Source: Alphaproteobacteria bacterium (lineage in GTDB: Bacteria; Pseudomonadota; Alphaproteobacteria; JAEULC01). Taken from it: 64,000 bases of DNA. The stretch lies in contig JAKLKW010000003.1 of assembly GCA_023150455.1 (NCBI GenBank), forward strand, positions 5,887 to 69,886, read 5' to 3'. Position numbers and translations under genes: made by a program. The notes beneath the pieces were generated by a model. That model ran no database searches. It had not been told where the DNA came from and worked only from the letters and a program-made list of their open reading frames with translations. Positions 27,672 to 38,889 of this stretch are shown here, piece by piece. How positions within the stretch are numbered: position 1 is the stretch's first letter; every line of letters begins with the position of its first letter.

Positions 27672-27744
27672 GTCAACCCCCGCTGCTGCTTGCCGATGCG
27701 CCCGGCGGCGACGGTGGCGCCGGCGCGGACGCTCGGGCATCATC

Positions 27745-27823
27745 CTAGTACCAACTTTCAGAAATGGCTGATTCGAATTTCCCTAGCATTTTCGTATCAG
27801 CCATTTCTGAAAGTTGGTACTAG
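27745..27823. promoter_or_regulatory. Perfect 28-bp inverted repeat (23-bp spacer) in the divergent TetR / oxidoreductase promoter region; candidate operator
   Basis: ctagtaccaactttcagaaatggctgat (27745-27772) is the exact reverse complement of atcagccatttctgaaagttggtactag (27796-27823). Unusually AT-rich for this genome. Confidence 0.55.
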
Positions 27824-27853
27824 CATCCCGCCGCACCCAACGAGGACCCCCCG

Positions 27854-28879
27854 ATGCCCCGTCTGCGTGTCGCCCTGGTCGGGCTCGGCATGGCCGTGGC
27901 ACCCCATGCCAAGAGCCTCATCGACCTCGAGGACAAGGCCGAGGTCGCCTATGCGATCAGCCCGACCGCGGCGCGGCGCCAGGCGTTCGCCAAGCGCTTC
28001 CCCTTCCCGACCTCGGGCGACCCCGACGCGGCGTTCGCCGACCGCAGCATCGACGCGGTCATGCTGCTGACGCCGCCCAACACGCATCTCGACCTGGTCA
28101 GGCGCGCCGCCGCCGCGGGCAAGCACGTGCTGCTGGAGAAGCCGCTCGAGGTCTCGACCGAGCGCGCGCTCGCCGTCGTCGAGGCGTGCGACAAGGCCGG
28201 CGTGCGGCTCGGCGCCGTGCTGCAGCACCGCTTCCGCCCGGCGGCGCGGCGCGTGAAGCAGGTGCTGGCGGCGGGCGGGCTCGGACGGCTGGCGCATGCC
28301 TCGGTCTACGTGCCGTGGTGGCGGCCGCAGAGCTACTACGACCAGCCCGGCCGCGGCACGCTGGCGCGCGACGGCGGCGGCGTGCTGATCACGCAGGCGA
28401 TCCACACGCTCGACCTCTTGATGCACCTGGCCGGGCCGGTCGGCGCGGTCTCCGCCTTCGCCGGCACCAGCCACGTCCACCGCATGGAGACCGAGGACCA
28501 GGTCGCCGCCGCGCTGCGCTTCGAGAGCGGCGCCGTCGGCGCGCTCGACTGCACGACGGCGCTCTATCCGGGCTATCCCGAGACGATCACGCTCGGCGGC
28601 GACAAGGGCTCGGCCCGCATCGTCGCGACCGAGGCCGCGATCGAGTACGCCGACGGTCGGCGCGAGACGGCGGGCGCGCGCTCGGGCGGCGGCGGCGGCG
28701 CCAACCCGATGGACTTCCCGCACGACTGGCACCGCGACCTGATCGAGGACTTCCTCGACGCGGTGACCGAGGGCCGCGATCCCGCGATTCCCGGCCGCGA
28801 GGCGCTCAGGGTGCATCACCTGATCGACGCGCTGCTGCGCTCCGCCCGCGAGCGCCGCACGATCGCGCCGGCGGGGTAG
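27854..28879 (+). CDS. Gfo/Idh/MocA family NAD(P)-dependent oxidoreductase
   Basis: N-terminal Rossmann RVALVGLGMAVAPHAKSL and EKP motif, plus a C-terminal alpha/beta domain. Confidence 0.9.
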   Translation: MPRLRVALVGLGMAVAPHAKSLIDLEDKAEVAYAISPTAARRQAFAKRFPFPTSGDPDAAFADRSIDAVMLLTPPNTHLDLVRRAAAAGKHVLLEKPLEVSTERALAVVEACDKAGVRLGAVLQHRFRPAARRVKQVLAAGGLGRLAHASVYVPWWRPQSYYDQPGRGTLARDGGGVLITQAIHTLDLLMHLAGPVGAVSAFAGTSHVHRMETEDQVAAALRFESGAVGALDCTTALYPGYPETITLGGDKGSARIVATEAAIEYADGRRETAGARSGGGGGANPMDFPHDWHRDLIEDFLDAVTEGRDPAIPGREALRVHHLIDALLRSARERRTIAPAG

Positions 28880-28964
28880 AAGAAGAGAAGATCAACCACG
28901 GAGACACGGAGACACAGAGGAAAGACAGAGCGGATTCGATCGCGCGGCTACGCCGCGCATTCAC
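28880..28964. repeat. Half-copy of the low-GC MITE-like element seen at 962-1230
   Basis: Shares a 24-nt core ccacggagacacggagacacagag (reverse complement of 1201-1224) and the 17-nt gcgcggctacgccgcgc. Again located between convergent gene ends. Confidence 0.5.
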
Positions 28965-28988
28965 CCTGCTCTGTTGAGTCCTTTCCGG

Positions 28989-29390
28989 CTATTGCAGCCT
29001 GGGCGGCGTCTCGTCGGCGTGCTCGGGCGGGTTGGCGAGCGGGCCGGCCTGGTGATGCGCCAGCTTCCATTTGCCGTGCTCGCGCACGAACAGGTTGGTG
29101 GCGACGAGATAGGCGCCCTCGATCACCTCGTGGCACAGCACGTAGGCCACCTCGCCCAGGACATGCGCGGTCTCGTTGTGGCAGAGCACCGGCGGCGAGC
29201 CGGGATTGCCGAGGATGTTGCGCCAGCTCTTGAGGATCGCGGCGCGGTCGCGGATCGCGTCCCAGCCCGGATGGATGCAGGTCACCGGCGACTCGCGCGC
29301 CCAGAGCTGGTTCATCGCTTCCAGGTCGCGCGCAGCGAAGGCGCGATAGAAGGCGCGGTTGGCCGAGAGCACGGCCCCTACGTCGCTCAT
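28989..29390 (-). CDS. NTF2-like / SnoaL-like (DUF4440-type) protein
   Basis: 133 aa, ANRAFYRAFAARDLEAMNQLWA...CIHPGW pattern typical of ketosteroid-isomerase-like folds. Confidence 0.7.
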   Translation of the reverse strand: MSDVGAVLSANRAFYRAFAARDLEAMNQLWARESPVTCIHPGWDAIRDRAAILKSWRNILGNPGSPPVLCHNETAHVLGEVAYVLCHEVIEGAYLVATNLFVREHGKWKLAHHQAGPLANPPEHADETPPRLQ

Positions 29391-29483
29391 GGCGCATCTC
29401 TCATGACACGAGGCTCATCGCCGGTTCCCTCCCTGTCGCCGCCGGTCGCCGCCGCGCCATTTGCGGTGCGCGGTCCCAGGCGC

Positions 29484-30380
29484 TCAATCCGGCGGCGGGC
29501 TTCCGCCTTCGACGTAGTGCGGCTCGGGTCGAGTATATAGCTCTTCGTAGTGCACGAGCACGGGTTCGCCCAGCGCGACCGGCCGGCCGCCGCGGAAGGC
29601 CCATTCGCCGCGGTCGCAGTCGGCCGCGCGCGCATAGGAATTGAGGTAGAAGCGGCGCTCGCCCCCCTGGCCGCCGGCATCGTCGTTCGGACCCGACCCG
29701 TGCACCGTGAACGGATGCCACAGCGCCACGTCGCCGGGCTCGAGCTCCAGCGCGACCAGCCCGGCGGGATCGATGCCGGCGGCACGCAGCACCGCGTCGC
29801 CGCGGCCGCGGCCCAGCACCACGCCATCGCCGAGCGCGGCGATCTCGCCCAGGCGATGGCTGCCGGGCAGGATGCGCATCGCACCGTTCGCCGCCGCGTG
29901 CCGGTCGACCGCGATGCCGGTCTGCACGTAGGACCGGGCGATATTGCGGAACGCGCTGCGCGGCCGGCGGAAGCGGATGTCCTGGTGGAAGTTGTAGTCC
30001 ACCGCCACCGCGCCTTGCGGCTTCCGGTGGCACTGGTTGATGATCTGCTTCACGTCCCGGCCGACCAGCGGCGCGATGATCGGCAGCATGCGCGGATGGT
30101 TGCGGTACGCGGCGAGCACCGGGTCGGCGTACGACCCCCATTGCAGCATCGCGACCACGCGGCCGACCTCGGGATCCTCCGCCACGCGATAGCAGAGATT
30201 GCCGTGGCGCCAGCTGCGCCCCAGCCGCAGGCCCTCCGCGCGCCGGCGGTCGAAGGCTTGGGCGAGCTCCGCGACCTCCGACGGCGCGAACACGCCGCGC
30301 ACGACCGCGAACCCGTCGCGCCGATAGGCGGCGACATGCGCCTCGTCCCGTCCGCGCGCGGCAAGGTGCCCGTCAGGCAT
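29484..30380 (-). CDS. Phytanoyl-CoA dioxygenase (PhyH) family Fe(II)/2OG oxygenase
   Basis: HQD...H iron ligands (FHQDIRF, HPFTVHGSGPN) and the PhyH fold. Confidence 0.85.
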   Translation of the reverse strand: MPDGHLAARGRDEAHVAAYRRDGFAVVRGVFAPSEVAELAQAFDRRRAEGLRLGRSWRHGNLCYRVAEDPEVGRVVAMLQWGSYADPVLAAYRNHPRMLPIIAPLVGRDVKQIINQCHRKPQGAVAVDYNFHQDIRFRRPRSAFRNIARSYVQTGIAVDRHAAANGAMRILPGSHRLGEIAALGDGVVLGRGRGDAVLRAAGIDPAGLVALELEPGDVALWHPFTVHGSGPNDDAGGQGGERRFYLNSYARAADCDRGEWAFRGGRPVALGEPVLVHYEELYTRPEPHYVEGGSPPPD

Positions 30381-30573
30381 GCCGCGGCGGTCTCGCGAAG
30401 TGGGGAATCGTCCTGATTCCGTGCATGACAGATCGTCCAGTTCCCGTCCGACGATGCCGGAACACTAGCGGAGACATGATTAATGCACAATTGGGCCGGC
30501 GCGACCGCGGCCTTCTGGCGGCCTTTGCGCGGAGGCGGCATAATCCGCTTTCAGCACGTGCCGGAGGCCTGCC

Positions 30574-31368
30574 ATGAACGATGCCGTCCTCACCCGTGAC
30601 CGTCCCCTGCTGGTCAACCGCAAGCAGATGCAGTTCGCGCTCGACGAGGGCCTGGGCCCGCGGGCGCGCATCGGGCTCATCGTGCTGGCGACCGACAACA
30701 CGATGGAATACGAGTGGCGCCGCATCCTCGGGCCCGTCGACGGCGTCGCCTTCTACGAGAGCCGCCTCTACAACTCGCCCGACATCACGCCCGAAACCCT
30801 GGCCGAGATGGAGAAGGACATCGAGGGCGCCACGCGGCTGATCCTGCCCAACGGCCGCATGGACGTGGTCGCCTTCGGCTGCACCTCGGGCACCTGCGTC
30901 ATCGGCGAGGAGCAGGTGTTCCGCAAGATCCGCGCGGCGCGGCCGGGCGTCGCCTGCACCACGCCGATCACCGCCGGCGTCGCCGCCATGAAGGCGCTGG
31001 GCGCCAAGCGCATCGCGCTGCTGACGCCCTATGTCGACTCGATCAACCAGATCATGCGCGGCTTCATCGAGGAGCGCGGCGTCGAGGTGCCGGTGGTCGG
31101 CAGCTTCAACAATCCCGATGACGGCCAGGTCGCGCGCATGACGCCCGCTTGCGTGCGCGACGCGGCGATCGAGCTGGGAAAGCATGCGGCGGTCGACGGC
31201 GTGTTCGTCTCCTGCACCAGCCTGCGCGTGGCCGAGATCGTCGAACAGGCCGAAGCCGCGATCGGCAAGCCGGTGAGCTCCTCCAACCACGCCATGGCCT
31301 GGCATGCGCTGCGGCTGGGCGGCGTCAAGGACCACCTCGCGGGCCAGGGGCGGCTGTTCCGCACGTAA
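30574..31368 (+). CDS. Asp/Glu/hydantoin racemase-family protein (maleate isomerase / arylmalonate decarboxylase-like)
   Basis: Two catalytic Cys boxes, FGCTSG and VSCTSL. About 260 aa. Confidence 0.8.
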   Translation: MNDAVLTRDRPLLVNRKQMQFALDEGLGPRARIGLIVLATDNTMEYEWRRILGPVDGVAFYESRLYNSPDITPETLAEMEKDIEGATRLILPNGRMDVVAFGCTSGTCVIGEEQVFRKIRAARPGVACTTPITAGVAAMKALGAKRIALLTPYVDSINQIMRGFIEERGVEVPVVGSFNNPDDGQVARMTPACVRDAAIELGKHAAVDGVFVSCTSLRVAEIVEQAEAAIGKPVSSSNHAMAWHALRLGGVKDHLAGQGRLFRT

Positions 31369-31453
31369 TTCCGCCCATTCTGCGGCATTGCGACGCGGGC
31401 GACCGGCCTCCGCCTTAATGGGGCGGTAATCGTCCCTCTGTAATCAACGGTCC

Positions 31454-32014
31454 ATGACCGCCATGCTTCAGGCCCGGGCTCCGCTTGCATCGGGCGCGGC
31501 CCAGGCCGCGTCGCCCGGGCGCGCGTGGCAGGATTGCACCGCCGATACCGACCGGTCGAACTGGAGTCCGAAGGTCAGACGGTTCATGGAATACTGGCTG
31601 TCGATCGCCCCCGCCGGCGCGCTGCCCGGCCGGCGCCAGTTCGACCCCCTGCACATCCACCACTTGATGCCGCATGTCTGGATGCTGGACGTCGTGCGCG
31701 GCGACGGCGCGCCACGCTTCCGCTACCGGCTCGTCGGCACGAAGGAGGTCGAGACGCTGGAGCGCGACGTCACCGGCAAGTGGTTCGACGACGTGCACGC
31801 CGGCCGCGCCCACAAGACCGGCACGCAGGACCGCTTCCACCACATGGTCGACAGCCGCGTCGCCACCTACCGCAAGGGACGCGTCGTCCTGGTCCACCAC
31901 AAGGACCACCGGATCGTGGAGAACTGCATGGTGCCGCTCGCCAGCGATGGCACCAAGGTCGACATCATCGTGGCCTGCTCGACCCTGTTCTGGGAAGACG
32001 GCACGGAAGCGTGA
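31454..32014 (+). CDS. Small PAS-like domain protein
   Basis: 186 aa. Conserved FDPLHIHHLMPHVWMLDVV...RFRYRLVG...ENCMVPL resembles single-domain PAS proteins of alphaproteobacteria. The true start may be internal. Confidence 0.5.
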   Translation: MTAMLQARAPLASGAAQAASPGRAWQDCTADTDRSNWSPKVRRFMEYWLSIAPAGALPGRRQFDPLHIHHLMPHVWMLDVVRGDGAPRFRYRLVGTKEVETLERDVTGKWFDDVHAGRAHKTGTQDRFHHMVDSRVATYRKGRVVLVHHKDHRIVENCMVPLASDGTKVDIIVACSTLFWEDGTEA

Positions 32015-32063
32015 GCGCCTGCCCCGCGCGCGGCTCGGCAAGCCGGCCTCCGCCCTCGGGGCT

Positions 32064-32080
32064 GAAGCCGGCGCGGCTTC
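32064..32080. terminator. Short GC hairpin between the convergent PAS-protein gene and dadA (possible bidirectional terminator)
   Basis: gaagccg gcg cggcttc: 7-bp stem, 3-nt loop, no clear U-tract. Confidence 0.25.
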
Positions 32081-32083
32081 GGC

Positions 32084-33337
32084 TCAGTTGAAGCGCTCCG
32101 GGCTCATGCCGGCAATGTCGATCTCGGGCTTGCGGCCCTGGATCAGGTCGGTGGCGATGCGGGCGGTGCCGCAGGCCATGGTCCAGCCCATGTGGCCATG
32201 GCCGGTGTTGAGCCAGAGGTTCTTCTGCCTGCCCCTGCCGACGATCGGCGGGCCGTCGGGCGTCATCGGCCGGAGGCACGACCAGTAGGTCGGCTTGGCG
32301 AAGTCGCAGGCGTCGGGATAGAGGTCGCGCGCGGCGGCGATCATGCCCTGGAAGTCCTCGGGCCGGTTCGAGTTGTCGTAGCCCGAGAACTCGGCGATCG
32401 CGGTAATGCGCATGCGGTCGCCCATGCGCGTCACCGCCACCAGGTTCGCCTCGTCGACGGTCGGCACGTTCGGCGCGCCGTTGCGGCCCTCGACCGGCAG
32501 CGTCAGCGAGTAGCCCTTCACGGGATAGACCGGCAGGTTGATGCCGAGGTTCTTCGCGACCAACGGGCTGTAGCTGCCGAGCGACAGCACGTAGATGTCG
32601 CCCTCGACCCTGCCCTTGTCGGTCGCGACCGCGGCGACGCGGTCGCCCGCGAGCTCGAAGCCTTCGACCGTCGTGCCGTAGCTGAACCGGACGCCCATCG
32701 CCGCGCAGGTCCGGGCCAGCCCCTCGGCGAACCTGGCGCAGTCGCCGCTTTCGTCGTCGGGACAGTGGATCGCGCCGGCGATGCGGTGCTTGACCTGCGC
32801 CAGCGCCGGCTCGACGCGCGCGCAGCCCTCGGCATCCAATACGTCGATCTTCAGGCCCTGCTCGCGCATCATCCGCATGTGCTCGACGCCGAGCGCGAGA
32901 CCGGCCGGATCGCGGTAGAGATACAGGATCCCGTTGCCGAGATGGTCGTACTCGATGCCGGCGTCGGCCGCGACCTGCTTCGTCGCCTGCTGGCTGTAGA
33001 GGCAGAGCCTGAGCTTCACCAGCGTCTTCTCGCGCGCCCGCGCCGCGGTGCAGTTGCGCAGGAACATGAGGCCCCAGGCGTAGAAGCGCGGATCGGTCGA
33101 CAGCCTGAGCCGCAGGCTGGTCTTGGCGCCGAACAGCGAGCGCAGCAGCTTCATCGGCGCGGTCGGCGCGTTCCAGGTGAAGGAATGCCCGGGTGCGATC
33201 ATGCCGGCATTGGCGAAGCTGGTCTCGCGCGCCGGCGCGTCCTGCCGGTCGATCACCGTGACCGACCAGCCTTCCTTGGCGAGGTAGTAGGCGTTGGTCA
33301 CGCCGGCGATGCCGGCGCCCAGAACGATCGCCCTCAA
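32084..33337 (-). CDS. dadA: D-amino acid dehydrogenase small subunit (FAD-dependent)
   Basis: MRAIVLGAGIAGVTNAYYLAKEGWSVTVIDRQ dinucleotide-binding motif and full DadA-like length (417 aa). Confidence 0.85.
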   Translation of the reverse strand: MRAIVLGAGIAGVTNAYYLAKEGWSVTVIDRQDAPARETSFANAGMIAPGHSFTWNAPTAPMKLLRSLFGAKTSLRLRLSTDPRFYAWGLMFLRNCTAARAREKTLVKLRLCLYSQQATKQVAADAGIEYDHLGNGILYLYRDPAGLALGVEHMRMMREQGLKIDVLDAEGCARVEPALAQVKHRIAGAIHCPDDESGDCARFAEGLARTCAAMGVRFSYGTTVEGFELAGDRVAAVATDKGRVEGDIYVLSLGSYSPLVAKNLGINLPVYPVKGYSLTLPVEGRNGAPNVPTVDEANLVAVTRMGDRMRITAIAEFSGYDNSNRPEDFQGMIAAARDLYPDACDFAKPTYWSCLRPMTPDGPPIVGRGRQKNLWLNTGHGHMGWTMACGTARIATDLIQGRKPEIDIAGMSPERFN

Positions 33338-33385
33338 GCGACAACAGCCTTCATTCGACGCCTCTCTCCCCCGAAGAGCGCGCCG

Positions 33386-34014
33386 CTATTGCGGCAGGGT
33401 GAAGCTTTGCCGACGCACGGTCTGCCCGAAGCTGCCGGCGAGCGTCGGCACCATGGCCATCGCCACCGACAACGGGTCCGAGCCTTGCACGTCGATATAG
33501 GACTGGCCGATCCAGGCGCGCTTGCCCGTCGCCTCTTCCTTCACGGACGCATAGAGCCGGTACCGGCTGCCGGTGCGCGCGTTGGACGAGCGGGTCGGCG
33601 GATCCTGGAACAGGCCGCCGCCGCGCGTCGAGAACAGGTTGACGCGCGCCTCCACGTCGGTGTCGGTGCGCGCGCTCGATCCGCCCTCGCCGCCGAGCTC
33701 GAGCAGGTGCCGGCGCGCCTGCTGCTCGCCGGTGTCGAACGTGCCGGTGAGCCAGAAGGTCATCGTGAACGGCGCCCGGTCGACGACCTTGTAGCCGCGC
33801 TGCGTCAGCTCGCGCCGGAACGACTCGGCGAGATCGCGCGCGCCGTCGTTGTCGTCGAGCAGGTGGATGGTCACCGGCGAGCCGGGCGGGATCGGGATGT
33901 ACGAGGCGGCGAACAGCATCCCCTCGCGCGGCTGCTGCGCCCGCGCGGCATGGTCGGCCAGCACCAGGGCGGCGAGCCCGGCCAGCAAGGCGAAGATCCG
34001 GACGGTCAGGCGCA
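33386..34014 (-). CDS. Secreted hypothetical protein
   Basis: Signal peptide MRLTVRIFALLAGLAALVLA. The start is trimmed from the longer ORF. Confidence 0.5.
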
Positions 34015-34097
34015 TGTTGCTTCCAGTTCCCGCGCGACGCGGCCGGCTGTCGCCATGCGCGCGTGCATGCCTAACATGGCCGTATCCCCCGAACGGG

Positions 34098-35117
34098 TCA
34101 AGAACGGCCGCGATCAGGGAGGCGTGATCGCCCCGATCCGGCAAGGAAGCCGGCCGCGCGCGCGTCCCGGGCCGGCAGCACCAGCACGATCGAAAGCGCC
34201 GCCAGGACGAGGCCGAGCGCCAGCACCTCGCGCGGGCCGACGGCCTCGCCGGTCATGGGCGCGCTGGAGATCACGCCGATCACCGGGATCGCCAACGTGC
34301 CGATCGCCGCCGCCCCGGCGGGAACCAGGCCCACGAGCCGGGTCCAGGCATAGTGGCAGAACACCATCGGGATCGTGGTCGCGTAGGCGAGCGCGAGCCA
34401 CGCCGTCGCGCTGATCCCGGCCGCTGCCGGCGGCCGGCCGACGAAGAAGAACCCGACCAGCACCGGAACGCCGCCGATCGCCATCTGCCAGCCGGTCAGC
34501 ACCGTGGCGGTCATGCGCCACGGGTGCGCCTTCATGAAGCCCGTCCCGGCGCCCCAGCTGACCGCCGCGGCCAGCATGCACAAGGCGCCCCAGGGCGCCG
34601 CTCCAATCCCCTCGATCTCGGCGCCGAACAGCACCAGCATGCCGCCGAACCCCAGCACCAGGCCTAGCACGCGCGCCGCGGTCAGCTTCTCGCCGAGGAT
34701 CATCCGTGCCGCCAGCATGGCCCACAGCGGCATGGTGTAGGCCAGGATCGCGGCGCGGCCGGCCCCCATCAGCGCGAGGCCGAAGGCGGAGAACAGGTGC
34801 CAGCCCGTGATGTTGAGCAGCGACACCAGCACGAGCGCGCGGCGCTCGGCGCGCGCGGGCACGAGCGTCTGGCCGCGCGCGGCGGCGATGGCGAACAGCC
34901 CGATCGCGCCGATGCCGAGGCACGCGACCCGGAACGTCCACGGCTCGATCTCCGCCAGCGCCAGCTTCATGATCGGAAAGTTGATGCCCCAGAACACGGT
35001 CATCAGCGCCAGCAGCATCAGCGCCGAGGCGGGAATCCGGTCGTGATCGGGCGCGGCCGGGGCGGAACCGCTCCCGGCTCGTCGCTGGGGCGTCGCGTCC
35101 GATCTCCCCGGGGTCAT
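34098..35117 (-). CDS. DMT superfamily (EamA-like) transporter
   Basis: 10 predicted TM helices and two EamA repeats. Start at MTPGRSD with a GGAAGGAAG ribosome-binding site. The upstream 1021-aa Arg-rich extension is rejected. Confidence 0.85.
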   Translation of the reverse strand: MTPGRSDATPQRRAGSGSAPAAPDHDRIPASALMLLALMTVFWGINFPIMKLALAEIEPWTFRVACLGIGAIGLFAIAAARGQTLVPARAERRALVLVSLLNITGWHLFSAFGLALMGAGRAAILAYTMPLWAMLAARMILGEKLTAARVLGLVLGFGGMLVLFGAEIEGIGAAPWGALCMLAAAVSWGAGTGFMKAHPWRMTATVLTGWQMAIGGVPVLVGFFFVGRPPAAAGISATAWLALAYATTIPMVFCHYAWTRLVGLVPAGAAAIGTLAIPVIGVISSAPMTGEAVGPREVLALGLVLAALSIVLVLPARDARAAGFLAGSGRSRLPDRGRS

Positions 35118-35258
35118 GGTGCTTCCTTCCGCTTCGCCGAAGACAGGCAGCATGCGACGGGTGGCTGCCCCCGGCCAAGCGCCGCCGGCGCATACGCACC
35201 ATGCCGCGTCCGCCCGCGACCCGCGACCCGCCGGGCATTTCACGCCGGGCGTTTCACG

Positions 35259-37298
<2,040 letters not shown>

Positions 37299-37364
37299 GC
37301 GTTGGTCGAATGGGCGCGAGGGGGGACCGAGGTCGCTTCGTGCTCCCAGTACCGGATAGGCAAC

Positions 37365-38006
37365 CTACTGCGCCGGCGGCGCGGGCGGCGCCGGCTGCGC
37401 CAGGGGCGGCGGCGGCGGCGCGCCCAGCTTGCGATAGCCTTGCGGCACCTCGAACCGCGCGGGGTCCTGCGGCCCGCGCACCAGGTTGTCGAGCTCGAAG
37501 CGGATCTCGGGCGCGCCCGGCGCGGCACCGCCGTCGATGCGCAACGCGATGCCGTCCTCGGTCAGCCAGATCTCGCCGCCCGTGCCGCCGGCGGCGGCCG
37601 GGAAATCGTACCGGCTCGCCGGCACGTCGTTGATGTCGTCGCGCTCGCGGAAGACGAGGCCCGGCGGCACGGCGCCGGGCGCCGGCGCCGGCTCGGTCCT
37701 GCTCAAGGGGAACTCGCTGTAGAACGGGCGCCCGGCAACGAGAGTCCAGGCCAGGCCCAGGTCGTAGCGCAGGATCAGCGTGGTGCCGCCCCAGATGTCG
37801 GCGATCTCGCGCCGCTCCTTGCCGGGCGCGGCATAAACGCGGCCGCGCACCTTCGGCCCGCCATAGCCCTGGAGCTTGAACTCGGCCGTGTACTCGGCGC
37901 GCGGACCGCCGACGGGCGCGGTCGGCGGCGTCTGCGCCCGGGCGCCCGCGGCGCCGGGGCCGATCAACGCGGCGAGGGCAAGCAGCATGGCCGTTTTCTG
38001 GCGCAT
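37365..38006 (-). CDS. Secreted hypothetical protein with Pro-rich C-terminus
   Basis: Signal peptide MRQKTAMLLALAALIGPGAAGARA. C-terminus GAPPPPPLAQPAPPAPPAQ. Confidence 0.5.
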   Translation of the reverse strand: MRQKTAMLLALAALIGPGAAGARAQTPPTAPVGGPRAEYTAEFKLQGYGGPKVRGRVYAAPGKERREIADIWGGTTLILRYDLGLAWTLVAGRPFYSEFPLSRTEPAPAPGAVPPGLVFRERDDINDVPASRYDFPAAAGGTGGEIWLTEDGIALRIDGGAAPGAPEIRFELDNLVRGPQDPARFEVPQGYRKLGAPPPPPLAQPAPPAPPAQ

Positions 38007-38280
38007 CGGGGATCCTCGCTGATGGCGTGCATTCGACTCTAGGACCGCCCAGCGGGTGGGTCCACAGGGCAGGAATCCCGGGAGCCGGGAGCGGTCGTGA
38101 TGCGTTGCAATACCGCGCCGCACAGCGCCGGTGAAGTCGGCCGGAATCAGCGGCTTGCCGGCCGTCTGGCGAGCCGGACGGGCAATGCTTGCCGGCGGGT
38201 TGTGCGACCGTTATATTGCACTGCGGATGCTGCGCTGCACAAAAGACGGCCGCGCACGCCCTTTGGGAAGGACTGATCGC

Positions 38281-38790
38281 ATGACCGCCACCCTGCGGGT
38301 TCCCCCGGGCCCGGCCGCCGCCGGCCGGCCGCCCGACCCGAGCGAAGCCCGCGCCACCATGGACGAGCTGCACGGCTACTATCTGGACGATCTCAAGGTC
38401 GGCATGACCGCGGTCTACGCCAAGACCATCACCGACGCCGACATCGTGCTGTTCGCCGGCATCTCGGGCGACATCAACCCGGTGCACCTCAATCACGAGT
38501 TCGCCTCCGAGACGATGTTCGAGGGCCGCATCGCCCACGGCATGCTCTCGGCCAGCTTCATCTCGACCGTGATCGGCACCAAGCTGCCGGGCCCGGGCGC
38601 GATCTACCTGTCGCAGACGCTGAAGTTCAAGGCGCCGGTGCGCGCCGGCGACACGGTGCAGGCGCGCACCACGATCACCGAGGTGGTGCCCGAAAAGCGC
38701 CGCGTCGCCATGCGCACCGTCTGCTCGGTCGGCGACAAGGTGGTGATCGAGGGCGATGCCCTCGTCATGGTGCCCGCGCGCAAGGCCTGA
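38281..38790 (+). CDS. MaoC-like (R)-specific enoyl-CoA hydratase / dehydratase
   Basis: Hot-dog fold motif DINPVHLNHEFASETMFEGRIAHGML. GGGAAGGA ribosome-binding site. An alternative start at MDELHG (38359) is possible. Confidence 0.8.
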   Translation: MTATLRVPPGPAAAGRPPDPSEARATMDELHGYYLDDLKVGMTAVYAKTITDADIVLFAGISGDINPVHLNHEFASETMFEGRIAHGMLSASFISTVIGTKLPGPGAIYLSQTLKFKAPVRAGDTVQARTTITEVVPEKRRVAMRTVCSVGDKVVIEGDALVMVPARKA

Positions 38791-38889
38791 GCCGGCCGCG
38801 GGCGAGGCGCCGCAAGCCATGGGAATTGCCGGGACAAGGCCGTAGCCGGGCGCGCCCGGGCGCGATATTGTCGCGCCGCCGCCGGGCCG

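Noticed and set aside
27672-27743. Longer TetR start at 27743 (MMPERPRRRHRRRR...).
   Set aside because: The first 24 residues are poly-Arg with no TetR homology and would place the start directly against the 28-bp inverted repeat. The internal ATG at 27671 gives a canonical N-terminal HTH position.
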